Shown here piece by piece: positions 18,890 through 29,569 of a stretch of 64,000 nt of DNA; within the stretch, counting starts at the first letter, position 1, and each line of letters opens with the position of its first letter. Origin of the DNA: Megasphaera sp. UBA1696 (GTDB lineage: Bacteria > Bacillota > Negativicutes > Veillonellales > Megasphaeraceae); assembly GCA_002319965.1 (NCBI GenBank), contig DCJQ01000017.1:524-64523 (forward strand), read 5' to 3'. The notes beneath the pieces are model-generated. The model did not search any database. It was not told where the DNA came from and was given only the letters and a program-made list of their open reading frames with translations. The position numbers and the translations under genes were made by a program.

Positions 18890-20572
18890 ATGCTGCAGTC
18901 CCTGCACATTCATAACTTTGCGCTGATTGAAGACCTGCATTTGGACTTAGAGGACGGCGTGACGATTTTTACCGGCGAAACAGGGGCCGGCAAATCGATC
19001 CTCCTCGACGCCATCGGTATGTTGGCCGGAAAACGGGCGTCGGCCTCCTTCGTCCGCCACGGCACCGAGGGCTTTCTCGTCGAAGGCTCGTTCTTTTTTG
19101 CCGATATGCCCGCGGAATTGGCAGCCCTTTTGGCAGATAATCACATCGAAGTTGACGAGGGACAGCTCATCATCTCCCGGCAGTTCCAGCGCAGCGGAAG
19201 GGGGACCATTCTGGTCAACGGCACCTTGGTTCCGACGGCCGTCCTGCGCCGCTTAGGTGATTATCTTCTCGATATTCACGGCCAGTTCGACAACAGCCTC
19301 ATCTTTAATCCCGCCTATCACGTCGCCATTTTAGACAGTCTCGACGACGACGTCCGTAAGGGCAGAGACACGTATGACGAGCTCTATGGCAGGTGGCATA
19401 AAACGGAAGGGGCCATCAAAGCCCTGCGCCGCGATGAAGGTGAAAAGACCCGGATGCTCAGTATCTTGGCCTTTCAAATCAAAGAAATCGAAGGGGCTTC
19501 GTTAAAAGAAGGCGAAGACGACGAGCTCGAAGGGAAAATCAATAAGGCGTCCCATGCGGAACACCTGAAGGATAATCTGCGGGATGCCATCTTTGCGTTA
19601 GAAGGCGGCGAGCGTCAGACCGGGGCTATCGAACAGCTCGAAGCCATTCACCGCAGCCTTGAGAAGGCCTCGACCTACGACGATACCTTCAGCACCTTGT
19701 CAGGTAAGGTTGAAACCTTGTCCTATGAGATCGAAGATATCCATGACGCCCTTCTTCGCTATGCCGATTCCTTCGACTTCGACGAGCACGCTTTGGATGC
19801 CATGCAGTCCCGCATGGCGACTATCGAAAAATTAAAGCGTAAGTACGGTGTCACCGTGGCCGAAATTTTACAGTTTTTGGCTAAAGCTAAGGATGACTAT
19901 GAACGCCTGGACCAGTCGGAAAGCCATTTGGCAAAGCTTGAAGAGCAGCTGGCGAAAGAAGCGGAGGCCGTACGGCATCAGGCAGCGATTTTACTGGACT
20001 TGCGCCATAAAGCCGATGCCCGGTTCAGCAAGGTCATGACCGAGACCTTAAACAAGCTCGGTATGCCCAATAGCCGCATCGCCTTCCACTTAGCGCCTAT
20101 GAAGGAAATTTCACCGGACGGCGCTTCCGGCATTGAACTTTATTTTTCGGCCAATACGGGGGAAGCCATGCAGCCCTTGGCAAAAATTGCTTCCGGCGGT
20201 GAAGTCTCGCGTATTGCCTTGGCCTTGAAGACGACCGGGTCCGGCCAGGATGCCGATAAGACCATGATTTTCGATGAAATCGACGTCGGCATCAGCGGTC
20301 AAACGGGCCTTCAGGTCGCCGACCATATCCGGAAACTCGCCGGCCGAGGACAGATTTTCTGTATTACCCACTTGCCGCAGACGGCGGCCATTGCCGACCA
20401 CCATTTCTTCATTTATAAGAAGGAAGCCGACGGTCGGACCGTCACCCAGGTACGCAGCCTTTCTGACGGCGAACACGTCCTTGAAATCGCCCGCATGTTT
20501 GCCGGCAACGATACGACGAAAGCCAGTATTGAAGCGGCCAGACAGATTGTACAACAGGTGAAGGGATCGTAA
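18890..20572 (+). CDS. recN: DNA repair protein RecN
   Basis: TGETGAGKS, DIHGQ, ASGGEVSR, FDEIDVG, ITHLPQ. Confidence 0.96.
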   Translation: MLQSLHIHNFALIEDLHLDLEDGVTIFTGETGAGKSILLDAIGMLAGKRASASFVRHGTEGFLVEGSFFFADMPAELAALLADNHIEVDEGQLIISRQFQRSGRGTILVNGTLVPTAVLRRLGDYLLDIHGQFDNSLIFNPAYHVAILDSLDDDVRKGRDTYDELYGRWHKTEGAIKALRRDEGEKTRMLSILAFQIKEIEGASLKEGEDDELEGKINKASHAEHLKDNLRDAIFALEGGERQTGAIEQLEAIHRSLEKASTYDDTFSTLSGKVETLSYEIEDIHDALLRYADSFDFDEHALDAMQSRMATIEKLKRKYGVTVAEILQFLAKAKDDYERLDQSESHLAKLEEQLAKEAEAVRHQAAILLDLRHKADARFSKVMTETLNKLGMPNSRIAFHLAPMKEISPDGASGIELYFSANTGEAMQPLAKIASGGEVSRIALALKTTGSGQDADKTMIFDEIDVGISGQTGLQVADHIRKLAGRGQIFCITHLPQTAAIADHHFFIYKKEADGRTVTQVRSLSDGEHVLEIARMFAGNDTTKASIEAARQIVQQVKGS

Positions 20573-20688
20573 GGTGACCTTCGAAGTGACAGATACAGGT
20601 TGACGAATGTCCGCGATAGGTATATAGTTAAAGATAATTTTAAAATAAAAATACGCCATCAAATCATAAAACTACAGGGGGAATCAAT

Positions 20689-21486
20689 ATGCTTCGTGTA
20701 TTAGTCAATGGGGCAGACGGCCGCATGGGAAGCCAGGTCGTCAAAGCCGTTTTTGAAGATCCGGAACTGACCGTCGCCGGCGGTGTTAGCATCGACCACG
20801 TCGGGGAAGACGTCGGCGAAGTTGCCGGTATCGGTCATTTAGGCCTTGCCATCGAAGGCGATTTTGCCAAATCCCTTGACGATATTAAACCGGACGTCGT
20901 CGTCGATTTTACGACGCCTGCCGTCATTTTTAAAAATGCTAAAACCTGCATAGCTCACGGCATCAACATGGTCGTCGGCACGACGGGCCTTACAGCGGAA
21001 CAGCGCCATGAGCTCCATGCGTTAGCTTTGGAAAAAAAGACCAGTATCTTCATTGCACCGAACTTTTCCATCGGTGCCGTTTTGATGATGAAGTTGTCGA
21101 CGGAAGTCGCGCCGTATTTGCCGGACGTTGAAATCATCGAACTCCACCACAACAATAAACTCGACGCTCCGTCGGGTACGGCTATCATGACCGCCGACAA
21201 GATCGATGAAGCGCGGAAGGCTGCCGGTGCCAAGCCGGCTCCGGACAAGACTCATGAAAGCCTGGACGGGGCCCGCGGGGCTTCCGTTGCCGGCATCCCC
21301 ATTCACAGTGTCCGCCTGCCGGGCTACGTAGCCCATCAACAGGTCCTCTTCGGGGGATACGGCGAATTACTCACGATTCGTCACGATTCGATCGACCGTA
21401 AATCTTTCATGCCCGGCGTCATCTTAGCCGTCAAAAAGGTAAGCTCCCGTCCGGGACTTGTCTTCGGGCTTGAAAACTATTTATAA
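20689..21486 (+). CDS. dapB: 4-hydroxy-tetrahydrodipicolinate reductase
   Basis: GADGRMG, VDFT, GTTG, APNFSIG, ELHHNNKLDAPSGTA. Confidence 0.96.
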   Translation: MLRVLVNGADGRMGSQVVKAVFEDPELTVAGGVSIDHVGEDVGEVAGIGHLGLAIEGDFAKSLDDIKPDVVVDFTTPAVIFKNAKTCIAHGINMVVGTTGLTAEQRHELHALALEKKTSIFIAPNFSIGAVLMMKLSTEVAPYLPDVEIIELHHNNKLDAPSGTAIMTADKIDEARKAAGAKPAPDKTHESLDGARGASVAGIPIHSVRLPGYVAHQQVLFGGYGELLTIRHDSIDRKSFMPGVILAVKKVSSRPGLVFGLENYL

Positions 21487-21516
21487 ATAAAGAACCATGA
21501 GGAAAGGAAGTTTGTT

Positions 21517-22554
21517 ATGACGAAAGAACCGGTAGTAGCGATTTTAGGTGCCACAGGTGCCGTAGGTCAAGAATTTATCCGCCTGATTGAAGAACGAAAA
21601 TTCCCGTACAGCCAATTGAAGTTGTTGGCATCCCACCGTTCGGCCGGTAAGAAATTGACGGTCAATGGTAAGGAATATACTGTTGAAGAAGCCAAGCCGG
21701 AATCCTTCGATGGGGTAGATATCGGACTCTTTGCCGGCGGCTCGGTCAGCAAGGAATTGGGACCGGAAGCGGCGAAACGCGGCTGCGTCGTCATCGACAA
21801 CTCCAGCACTTTCCGCATGGATCCCGACGTCCCCTTGGTCGTTCCCGAAGTAAATCCGGACGATATCGCCCTTCACAAGGGCATCATTGCCAATCCGAAC
21901 TGTTCGACGATTATCATGCTCATGGCTTTGAAACCCATTCATGATCTGTCGCCCATCAAACGGATCATCGTCAGTACCTATCAGGCCGTTTCCGGTGCCG
22001 GTAAAGAAGGGCTCGACGAACTGCGTGAAGAAACGGAGGCTTTCTTAGCCGGTCGGGAGATGGAACCGAAAATCCTGCCCAGTAAGAGCCTGCCGAAGCA
22101 CTATCCCATTGCCTTTAATCTCATTCCGCAAATCGATAAGTTTGTCGAAGACGATTATACCAAGGAAGAAATGAAGATGGTCAACGAAACGCACAAGATG
22201 CTTCATGACGACTCCATTGCCATTACGGCGACGACGGTCCGCGTGCCTGTTTTCCGCAGCCATGCCGAATCGATTTACGTAGAAACGGCTGATGAACTTA
22301 CCGTCGATGCCGTTCGCAAAGCCATCGATGCCTTCCCGGGTGCTCAGGTTCAGGACGATCCGGCAGCGATGGAATATCCTATGCCCTTATTTACGTCGGA
22401 ACAATACGACTGCTACGTCGGCCGTATCCGCAAAGATTTATACAATCCGAAGGCGGTCAACCTCTGGGTTTCCGGCGACCAGATTCGCAAGGGTGCAGCC
22501 CTCAATGCCCTGCAGATTGCTGAATACATGCTGGATCACGATATGATTCACTGA
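21517..22554 (+). CDS. asd: Aspartate-semialdehyde dehydrogenase
   Basis: GATGAVG, DNSSTFRM, ANPNCST, TYQAVSGAG, DQIRKGAALN. Confidence 0.97.
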   Translation: MTKEPVVAILGATGAVGQEFIRLIEERKFPYSQLKLLASHRSAGKKLTVNGKEYTVEEAKPESFDGVDIGLFAGGSVSKELGPEAAKRGCVVIDNSSTFRMDPDVPLVVPEVNPDDIALHKGIIANPNCSTIIMLMALKPIHDLSPIKRIIVSTYQAVSGAGKEGLDELREETEAFLAGREMEPKILPSKSLPKHYPIAFNLIPQIDKFVEDDYTKEEMKMVNETHKMLHDDSIAITATTVRVPVFRSHAESIYVETADELTVDAVRKAIDAFPGAQVQDDPAAMEYPMPLFTSEQYDCYVGRIRKDLYNPKAVNLWVSGDQIRKGAALNALQIAEYMLDHDMIH

Positions 22555-22578
22555 GATCACGATGGGAGATGAATCTTT

Positions 22579-23460
22579 ATGTTAACCTTTCCGAACATCA
22601 TTATTGCCATGATAACGCCTTTCAATCAGGACGGTTCCGTCAATTATGAAGCCGCTGTCGAACTGGCTAAGAAGTATGCCGACGAAGGTTCGGGCATCCT
22701 CCTTGGTGCTACGACCGGTGAAGGAGCCGTCATGACGGAAGAAGAAAAGCTCAAGCTTTTTAAAGTCGTTGCCGACGAATTGAAGGGCAAGACCCTTATC
22801 ATGGGCAATGTCGGTACCAATAATACGGCTGAATCCATTGCCATCGCTAAAAAGGCCGAAGCCACCGGTGTCGATCTCTTGCTGTGTATCGTACCGTATT
22901 ACAATAAACCGAACCAGGACGGCTGTTACGCCCATTTTGCAGCCATTGCCAAGGCGACGTCCCTGCCGTTTTTCATCTACAACGTACCGGGCCGTACCGG
23001 CGGCAGCATCGAACCGGAAACGGTCTGCCGACTGGCCCGTGACTATGACAACATCATCGGCCTCAAAGACGCCAGCGCCAGCCTCGACTTTGCCGGCTAC
23101 GTCGCTGCCAATGCTCCGGAAGGCTTCCACCTTTACAGCGGCGAAGATAATTTGACCCTGCCCATCATCGCCGTCGGCGGCGAAGGCGTTATCACCGTTG
23201 CCGGCCACGTCATCGGTAAGGAAATGGACGCCATGATTCAGGCTTATAAAGACGGAGACGTTAAAAAGGCAGCGGCCCTTCATCAGAAATACCTGCCCTT
23301 CATGAAAGGCGTATTCTGTACGGTAAGCCCGGTTCCCATCAAGACCATGGTCAATATGCTCGGTTTTCCCGCCGGTCCCCTTCGCCTGCCTTTAGTCGAA
23401 GCCAATCCGGAAATTCGCGAAAAATGCCGGCAGTACCTGAAAGACATCGGAAAATTATAA
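22579..23460 (+). CDS. dapA: 4-hydroxy-tetrahydrodipicolinate synthase
   Basis: GATTGE, PYYNKP, YNVPGRTG, GLKDAS, SGED. Confidence 0.96.
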   Translation: MLTFPNIIIAMITPFNQDGSVNYEAAVELAKKYADEGSGILLGATTGEGAVMTEEEKLKLFKVVADELKGKTLIMGNVGTNNTAESIAIAKKAEATGVDLLLCIVPYYNKPNQDGCYAHFAAIAKATSLPFFIYNVPGRTGGSIEPETVCRLARDYDNIIGLKDASASLDFAGYVAANAPEGFHLYSGEDNLTLPIIAVGGEGVITVAGHVIGKEMDAMIQAYKDGDVKKAAALHQKYLPFMKGVFCTVSPVPIKTMVNMLGFPAGPLRLPLVEANPEIREKCRQYLKDIGKL

Positions 23461-23467
23461 GATTTGC

Positions 23468-23502
23468 TAATCCCTTCGCCTCATGCGAAGGGATTTTTTT
23501 TT
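23468..23502 (+). terminator. Terminator after dapA
   Basis: AATCCCTTCGC-ctcat-GCGAAGGGATT followed by T-tract. Confidence 0.85.
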
Positions 23503-23562
23503 GACTGTTTTTTTATAAAAGGGTATAAAAAAAGCTCACACAAAATGTGTGAGCTTTCTCTG

Positions 23563-23639
23563 TGGTGACCCGGTAGGGATTCGAACCCTAGACCTACTGA
23601 TTCGTAGTCAGTCACTCTATCCAGCTGAGCTACCGAGTC
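23563..23639 (-). tRNA. tRNA-Arg(ACG)
   Basis: Minus strand GACTCGGTAGCTCAGCTGGATAGAG...CTACGAA...GGTTCGAATCC...CACCA; cloverleaf, encoded CCA. Confidence 0.96.
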
Positions 23640-23803
23640 ATATCTTGTCGTTCCTGACGACTTATACATAATAACAAAAAAAGAGAAACTTGTCAATGTA
23701 TTTTCGAAAAAAAGCTCCTCGTTTTTAAACTGAAACGATCCCGTTTACCGCAGCTGCCCCGTAAGGCGAGGACGCGCAGGGGTACAAAGCGGCGAAAACT
23801 TGT

Positions 23804-24691
23804 TTATGAAAAGGTATCTTTTATCAGGCGAGTAAATAATTCCATGGCCGGACTGATCCATTTCTTGCGGTTATAACCACAGGCGGCTGAAATGCGGGCG
23901 TCGGTCAGTTCCGTCTTGATTTCTGCCAGTTCGCCGCGCTTTAAATCTTCTTCGACGGCAAAGGTCGGCAGGTAGGATATGCCGACGCTGCTCTTTACCA
24001 AGTTTTTAATGGTCGGAATGCTCCACAATTCGATGGTATGGTCGAGGACGATGGATTTTCGCTGCAGGTACTGCTCGAAGATTTGACGAAAGACACAGGT
24101 CGGTTCATTGATGATAAAGGGCAGGGGAAGGGTTTGGCCGGGTGTTATAAAATCAGGGTATTCTCTTTTTATATCAGGCGAGGCGACGAGGGTCATGGGA
24201 TAACTTCCAAAGGTCGAGACGGTCAGGTTGTTGCCGAAGCCGCCGACGTTTTCGTAAAATACGCCGAGGTCCAAGGTACCGTCTAAGAGTTCGTTGCGGA
24301 TGTCATAGCAATTCATGGACTGCAAAAAAAGCCGGGTGTTGGGGGCCAGATCATGAAATCTTTTTAGGACCGGCGATAGTTTATAACAGAGCAGGGTTTC
24401 GCCGACGCCGATCCGTAAGATGCCCTTATATTCCGACAGATCAGTTTCAAAACAACTGAGCCTTTCGACGGACGTGAGGACATCGGTTACATAAGGGTAT
24501 AACTGCTCGCCGGCCTTGGTCAGCTGCATCCGCCGTCCGACTCGTTCAAACAATTTGACGGACAACTCCTGTTCTAACTGCCCGACTTGGAAGGTAATGG
24601 TCGATTGGGTGTAGTTAAGCTTTTCCGCAGCCTTGGTAAAACCGCCTTCTTCGATGATGGTCTTGAAGGTCTGTAAATATTTTAAGTCCAT
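23804..24691 (-). CDS. LysR family transcriptional regulator
   Basis: FTKAAEKLNYTQSTITFQVGQLE HTH; divergent from the MFS gene. Confidence 0.93.
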   Translation of the reverse strand: MDLKYLQTFKTIIEEGGFTKAAEKLNYTQSTITFQVGQLEQELSVKLFERVGRRMQLTKAGEQLYPYVTDVLTSVERLSCFETDLSEYKGILRIGVGETLLCYKLSPVLKRFHDLAPNTRLFLQSMNCYDIRNELLDGTLDLGVFYENVGGFGNNLTVSTFGSYPMTLVASPDIKREYPDFITPGQTLPLPFIINEPTCVFRQIFEQYLQRKSIVLDHTIELWSIPTIKNLVKSSVGISYLPTFAVEEDLKRGELAEIKTELTDARISAACGYNRKKWISPAMELFTRLIKDTFS

Positions 24692-24809
24692 AGGAACCTC
24701 TCTATAGTTCAAAATAAATGAAGTTTAAAATTAAAAACATCAATTTTATCTAAGAGTATATCGATGATATACTAACAGAGAAAAATCAAACTGTCAATGA
24801 GGGAGTCTT

Positions 24810-26078
24810 ATGCGTATGTTAAAAATAATACCGACCTTACAGAAACCTGATTCACTGCTTCAGTGCGTCGTCCTGGTTATTGCCGCCTGTATCGTTCACG
24901 GCGTGATGCAGGGCGTACACGATAATTACGGCATCATGATGACCGGGCTCATTCCCTACACCGGTATCGACTACGTGACCATCAGCTTCGCCATCGGCGT
25001 AGGCGCTCTGGTCTATGGACTGGCCCAGCCCTTTCTCGGTATCCTGGCCTTGCGGAAATCTCCGGTCTTCGTCATCCTGATAGGCATCCTTTTTACCGTC
25101 GTCGGCTTGGCTGCCACCCCATTATGTACCACGCCTTGGGCGCTGGTCTTATTTTTTGGCCTCGTCCTGCCTTTTGGCACGACGGGACTCTGCTTTGGCA
25201 TCATCATGGGGGCCATCACGCCCATTCTGGGAGAGAAACGGGCAGCCGTCGTTTCCGGCATCGTTCAGGCCAGTGCCGGCATCGGTGACGCCTTGATGTC
25301 CCCGGCCTTGAATCTGGCCATTTCAACCTTCGATATTGCCTTTGCCATGCGGGCTTTGACCGTTCCTTTCCTGCTGATGATTCCCATCGCCATATGGATG
25401 CATTCCATAGGCAAAAAGGATCCTAAGCGGGAAGAGGGAAGCCGCGAAGGGGAAGGGAACCCCAAAGTATCTCTGGTTCCCATGCTGAAATTTGCTTTAA
25501 AAGACCGGGACTATCGCTTAGTTCTCCTGGCCTTTGCGACCTGCGGTTTTAACATGTCCATCATTGAAAGCCATTTATTTTCACAGTATCTGTCCTATGG
25601 CATCGACGGCAATACGGCGTCACTGACCTTGACCGTATACGGCATCGCCACCATGATCGGCGCCACCGGAACGGGATTTCTCGGAGCCGCCTTCAAGATG
25701 AAAAATGTCCTGGCCGGCGTCTATGCCCTGCGGGTAATCGTTTCTCTGGCCTTCCTGTTTCTTCCGAAGTCCGTCGCCTTTGCCTTTGCTGCTACAGCTC
25801 TGTTGGGCCTGTCGGGAGATGCGACGGTACCGCCGACATCGGGCATCATCAGTAAAAAGTTCGGCGCCAAAAACATGGCCGTCTTATATGGATTTACCTT
25901 GATCGGCCATCAGATCGGTGCCTTTTTCAGCGCCTATCTCGGCGGACTCTTTGTGGATATCGGCTGGGGCTATTCGCCCCTTTGGCTGGTCAACCTCTGT
26001 TTGGCCGCCATGGCTGCGGCAGCCAGTTTCCGGATCCGCAATGAAGACGAAAGAAAAGAATATGTAGGGGATCTATAA
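24810..26078 (+). CDS. MFS transporter
   Basis: About 12 hydrophobic segments; GLAQPFLG, ATVPPTSG, GHQIGAF. Confidence 0.9.
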   Translation: MRMLKIIPTLQKPDSLLQCVVLVIAACIVHGVMQGVHDNYGIMMTGLIPYTGIDYVTISFAIGVGALVYGLAQPFLGILALRKSPVFVILIGILFTVVGLAATPLCTTPWALVLFFGLVLPFGTTGLCFGIIMGAITPILGEKRAAVVSGIVQASAGIGDALMSPALNLAISTFDIAFAMRALTVPFLLMIPIAIWMHSIGKKDPKREEGSREGEGNPKVSLVPMLKFALKDRDYRLVLLAFATCGFNMSIIESHLFSQYLSYGIDGNTASLTLTVYGIATMIGATGTGFLGAAFKMKNVLAGVYALRVIVSLAFLFLPKSVAFAFAATALLGLSGDATVPPTSGIISKKFGAKNMAVLYGFTLIGHQIGAFFSAYLGGLFVDIGWGYSPLWLVNLCLAAMAAAASFRIRNEDERKEYVGDL

Positions 26079-26106
26079 TGTATTTTTGACGGCAAGTCAA
26101 AATACA

Positions 26107-26151
26107 AAAGCCGGGGCCTTGTGAATCTGCTGTTCACAAGGCCCCGGCTTT
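26107..26151. terminator. Long palindromic bidirectional terminator / REP-like element
   Basis: AAAGCCGGGGCCTTGTGAA-tctgctg-TTCACAAGGCCCCGGCTTT perfect inverted repeat. Confidence 0.8.
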
Positions 26152-26170
26152 ATATAGAAGCTTTTTAGTT

Positions 26171-26716
26171 TTATTTTCTCAGGTTCGGTGTGCAGTCGAT
26201 GATGATCGTGTCTGCTTGTTTCATGACCGTGAAATTACCCTTCGTCGAAGAGAAGGCTTTTTCCAGCGTATCGCTGTGCCATTTTTGAACGGTCATCGTC
26301 GTACCGCCGACATTTTTCGACGACGACGACTGTTTCTGGGCATCTTCCGGCAGGATATCGCTGATATTCAGGTCTTCGCCGTCTTTTAAGGCGATGGTGA
26401 CCGTAACGGCCCGGCCGTTTTCAAAGACGACCTGGTAGCGGCCGTTATGGAAGACGCGGATCGTGTCGCCCTGGGAATAGGGGTGACCCCATTCATCTTC
26501 CCAAGCCTTTTGCGTATCGCCGATGGTCGGCAGTTTGGCCAGGGCCTTTTCTTTCGATTCGGCTTGGCTCTTCGTATCCTGATTCGATTTTGCATCCTTC
26601 GATTGCTGCTGCGTTTGGGTTTGCTCTTTTTGCTGGGAGTCCGTCGGCACGGCCGTCGCACATCCGGCAGTCAAAAGGGTGAATAACATGAGGACAATAG
26701 CAAGATAACGTTTCAT
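26171..26716 (-). CDS. Lipoprotein, function unknown
   Basis: MKRYLAIVLMLFTLLTAG-C lipobox; Q/K/S-rich linker. Confidence 0.82.
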   Translation of the reverse strand: MKRYLAIVLMLFTLLTAGCATAVPTDSQQKEQTQTQQQSKDAKSNQDTKSQAESKEKALAKLPTIGDTQKAWEDEWGHPYSQGDTIRVFHNGRYQVVFENGRAVTVTIALKDGEDLNISDILPEDAQKQSSSSKNVGGTTMTVQKWHSDTLEKAFSSTKGNFTVMKQADTIIIDCTPNLRK

Positions 26717-26733
26717 AATAAACCTCCCGTTCA

Positions 26734-27993
26734 TTAGCGGCGGCGGAGGTTGTCTCCGCCCTTATGGCGCTGTTTGTGGCGCTTATTTCGAGTCGTTTGA
26801 TAGGTACTGGCCGGTAACTTGTCGCGATAAGTCTTCTGCCGCTTCGGCGGGGTGCTGCTGGCTTTTACTTTGACTTGTCCCGTCAGGGTGTATTTGGTGA
26901 TCGTCGCTTGGATGTTGTGTTCAATCCGGCGAACCCAATCTACATCAGAACCGGTGGCGAACATGATGGACAGGCCGTCGCTGCCGGCCCGGCCCGTGCG
27001 GCCGATGCGGTGGATGTAGTAGTCGACGTCGTGAGGGACGTCGAAGTTAAAGACGTGGGTAATGCCCTCGATATCGATGCCGCGGGCGGCGATGTCGGTA
27101 GCGACCAGAATCTGGGTCTTGGCCTTGGCAAAGTCACGCAGGACCTGGTTGCGTCGGCCTTGGGACATATCGCCGTGGAGTTCGCCGATGTTGAAGCCCT
27201 TGGCAATCAGTTTGCCTGCTAAGAGGGATGTCCGCTCCTTGGTGTTGCAGAAGACGATGGCAAGGTAGGGATTCATCTCGGTCAGCATCTGGCATAATTT
27301 CGGCAGCTTCTGCTCTTCGGTCATCATGTAGATTCGCTGTTCGATGTTTTCAAGGGCAATGGTATCGCCTTCGAGAATCTTCAGGACCAAGGGGTTCTGC
27401 ATGTGTTTTTTGGCCAGGCCCTTGATTTTATCGGGGACGGTTGCCGAGAAAAAGAGGAGCTGCCGGCGTTTCGGTGTCAGGCTGATGAGGGTATCAACGT
27501 CTTCGAGGAATCCTGACTGCAGCATCTGGTCGGCTTCGTCGACGACGACCCGGCGGACCCCGCTGAGGTCAAGGGAGTTGCGACGGCAGTGGTCGAGGAG
27601 CCGCCCCGGTGTACCGATGATGACCTGCGGATGGCGATGGAGTTTTTGAAGCTGATTTTCGATGGTCTTGCCGCCGATGAGGCTTAAGACGTCGACGTCA
27701 AGGGACGGGGCCAAGGTCGCGGCTACGTTGGCGATTTGGCGAGCCAATTCGCGCGTCGGTGCCAAGATGAGGACCTGTTCAGCGTGGACTTCGGTCCGAA
27801 TCTGCTGCAGCGACGGCAAGAGGAAGGCCAGCGTCTTGCCCGTACCGGTTTGAGCCTGAGCCAGTATATCCCGGCCTTTGAACAGGGCCGGGATGGCTTG
27901 TGATTGAACGGCCGTCGGTTCGTCGATTCCCTGCTTGTGGAGAAGCTCGGAAAGGTCCGACGTCAGGCCGAGAGATTGAAAATTTTTTGTCAT
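26734..27993 (-). CDS. DEAD-box RNA helicase
   Basis: Q motif, AQTGTGKT, PTRELA, TPGR, DEAD, SAT, ARGID, HRIGRTGR. Confidence 0.96.
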   Translation of the reverse strand: MTKNFQSLGLTSDLSELLHKQGIDEPTAVQSQAIPALFKGRDILAQAQTGTGKTLAFLLPSLQQIRTEVHAEQVLILAPTRELARQIANVAATLAPSLDVDVLSLIGGKTIENQLQKLHRHPQVIIGTPGRLLDHCRRNSLDLSGVRRVVVDEADQMLQSGFLEDVDTLISLTPKRRQLLFFSATVPDKIKGLAKKHMQNPLVLKILEGDTIALENIEQRIYMMTEEQKLPKLCQMLTEMNPYLAIVFCNTKERTSLLAGKLIAKGFNIGELHGDMSQGRRNQVLRDFAKAKTQILVATDIAARGIDIEGITHVFNFDVPHDVDYYIHRIGRTGRAGSDGLSIMFATGSDVDWVRRIEHNIQATITKYTLTGQVKVKASSTPPKRQKTYRDKLPASTYQTTRNKRHKQRHKGGDNLRRR

Positions 27994-28141
27994 ATCGTGC
28001 CCTTTCTCTATAGGTGCTAACAAAGTGCTTACTAACTATTATTATTACACAAAGCCCTTATTTGCGCAAACTTTTCTTTCTTTTGGGGATATGGTATACT
28101 AAAGTGATTTCGTTTGCATTGTTTTAGGAGGTCTTGCATAA

Positions 28142-28567
28142 ATGAGTTGGTGGCGCGATATTTTGCGGCAGTCTGTTTTCATGTGTATTTTTATCGTCCT
28201 CATTCCCATTGGAGCCTATACGATTCACAGCGGTTCCAGTGCCATTGTGGCCGTCGTCAGTTATCTATTTCTGTCCCTCGTCGTTCCGACGGCCTACGTC
28301 GGAGCGCAAGATGCCGTCTTTGGCAGGGAAAAGGCCCGTATTCGCCGCTGGGGCGTCGTCCTGGTCTGGCTCATCATGCTGGCCCTTAAAGTGGCCGTCA
28401 AGGTCTATTTGGGCAGTTACTGGAAGGCGGCGCCCTTTTGGGAATGGCCGACCTTCGGTCGTGATCTCGTCTTTATTCTTGCCATGTATGCCGAAATGAG
28501 CTTCATCATGATCTTATCCTATGGCCTGTCTTCTTTGATGCCAGGCCGAAAGGCGGTGGGACGATGA
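28142..28567 (+). CDS. Hypothetical membrane protein
   Basis: About 4 TM segments; RBS AGGAGG. Confidence 0.75.
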   Translation: MSWWRDILRQSVFMCIFIVLIPIGAYTIHSGSSAIVAVVSYLFLSLVVPTAYVGAQDAVFGREKARIRRWGVVLVWLIMLALKVAVKVYLGSYWKAAPFWEWPTFGRDLVFILAMYAEMSFIMILSYGLSSLMPGRKAVGR

Positions 28568-29427
28568 GTATTGAATGGAAACAGAAGGGGTACGACTGGC
28601 TCAGGGCTGTCCTTTGGGCGGCCTGCGGCATCGTGCCGATTCCCTTCGGAGCCTTTGCGTCGGGAAAGCCTTATATTGCCGCCGCGTCGATCCTCGTCTT
28701 TTTTATCCTGTCCTTTGCCGTCCCCTTGTGGCTCGGCTATCGCCGCCGCAAGGCGGGACGATACGATGACTATGCCTCAGCCGGGGCGACTTTCTATGGC
28801 GGCGTCGTCGCGCTCATCGTCGCCGTGGGCCTCTTAAACGGTCTGATCGGATCGTCTCTTTGGCAATCCTATTGGGGAATGGTATTCTTGTTCACCTTGT
28901 GGATGCTTTTGACCATTGCGGCTCAGTACGGTGCTGCGAAAGGTGTTGATTTTTGGCATGCTCGGCTGCGGCGATACTGGTATTCCCAGTTCCTTGACCC
29001 CATCTTATTCAGCCTGCCCCTTCCTTGTGCCGTCCTGGGGATGTTCCTCTTTCCGGCCTTCAGCGATGAGTCGGCCTCGGTGAGCCTCTTCATCGGCATC
29101 ATGGCCATCATGGGCTTTTGCTTCTTAGCTATCAGCATCTTCGTCATCGCCACCTTTGCCTTTTATTTCTTCCCCTATAAGCGTTACGGCTACAGCCGAA
29201 AAGAGAAAATCGTCCATCTCCTTTCCATCGTCATCATGGTCCTCCTGTGGGTCATGGTCCAAAATCTCTTGTTCAATAGTGATATTCAGGTCTTCGGATA
29301 TATCTTCAAGGCCATGCCGATCCTGCAGAATAACCCCTTGGTCTTCGTGACGCCTTTCCTGTTGTCGTCCCTGGTCATCATCGGCTGTGTGGCTCTTCGC
29401 AATGTCGTCGTCGAAACCTTATCCTGA
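28564..29427 (+). CDS. Hypothetical polytopic membrane protein
   Basis: About 8 TM segments; ATGA overlap with the upstream gene. Confidence 0.75.
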   Translation: MSIEWKQKGYDWLRAVLWAACGIVPIPFGAFASGKPYIAAASILVFFILSFAVPLWLGYRRRKAGRYDDYASAGATFYGGVVALIVAVGLLNGLIGSSLWQSYWGMVFLFTLWMLLTIAAQYGAAKGVDFWHARLRRYWYSQFLDPILFSLPLPCAVLGMFLFPAFSDESASVSLFIGIMAIMGFCFLAISIFVIATFAFYFFPYKRYGYSRKEKIVHLLSIVIMVLLWVMVQNLLFNSDIQVFGYIFKAMPILQNNPLVFVTPFLLSSLVIIGCVALRNVVVETLS

Positions 29428-29569
29428 AACAACTCTATATAAGATATAAACCTCATGAACGAAGCTTTCTTCGCCTTCATGAGGTTTTTTTTTGGGGGAA
29501 AACTGGCGTACAAGCCTGGAAAAATCATGATATAATGAAGTACAAATCTTATTTAGGAGGTGCAGCCAC

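Noticed and set aside
23744-23800. GC-rich imperfect hairpin (CCGC..TGCCCC/GGGGTA..GCGG) after the LysR stop
   Set aside because: Short, and most simply a terminator-like structure; no evidence for a separate RNA.
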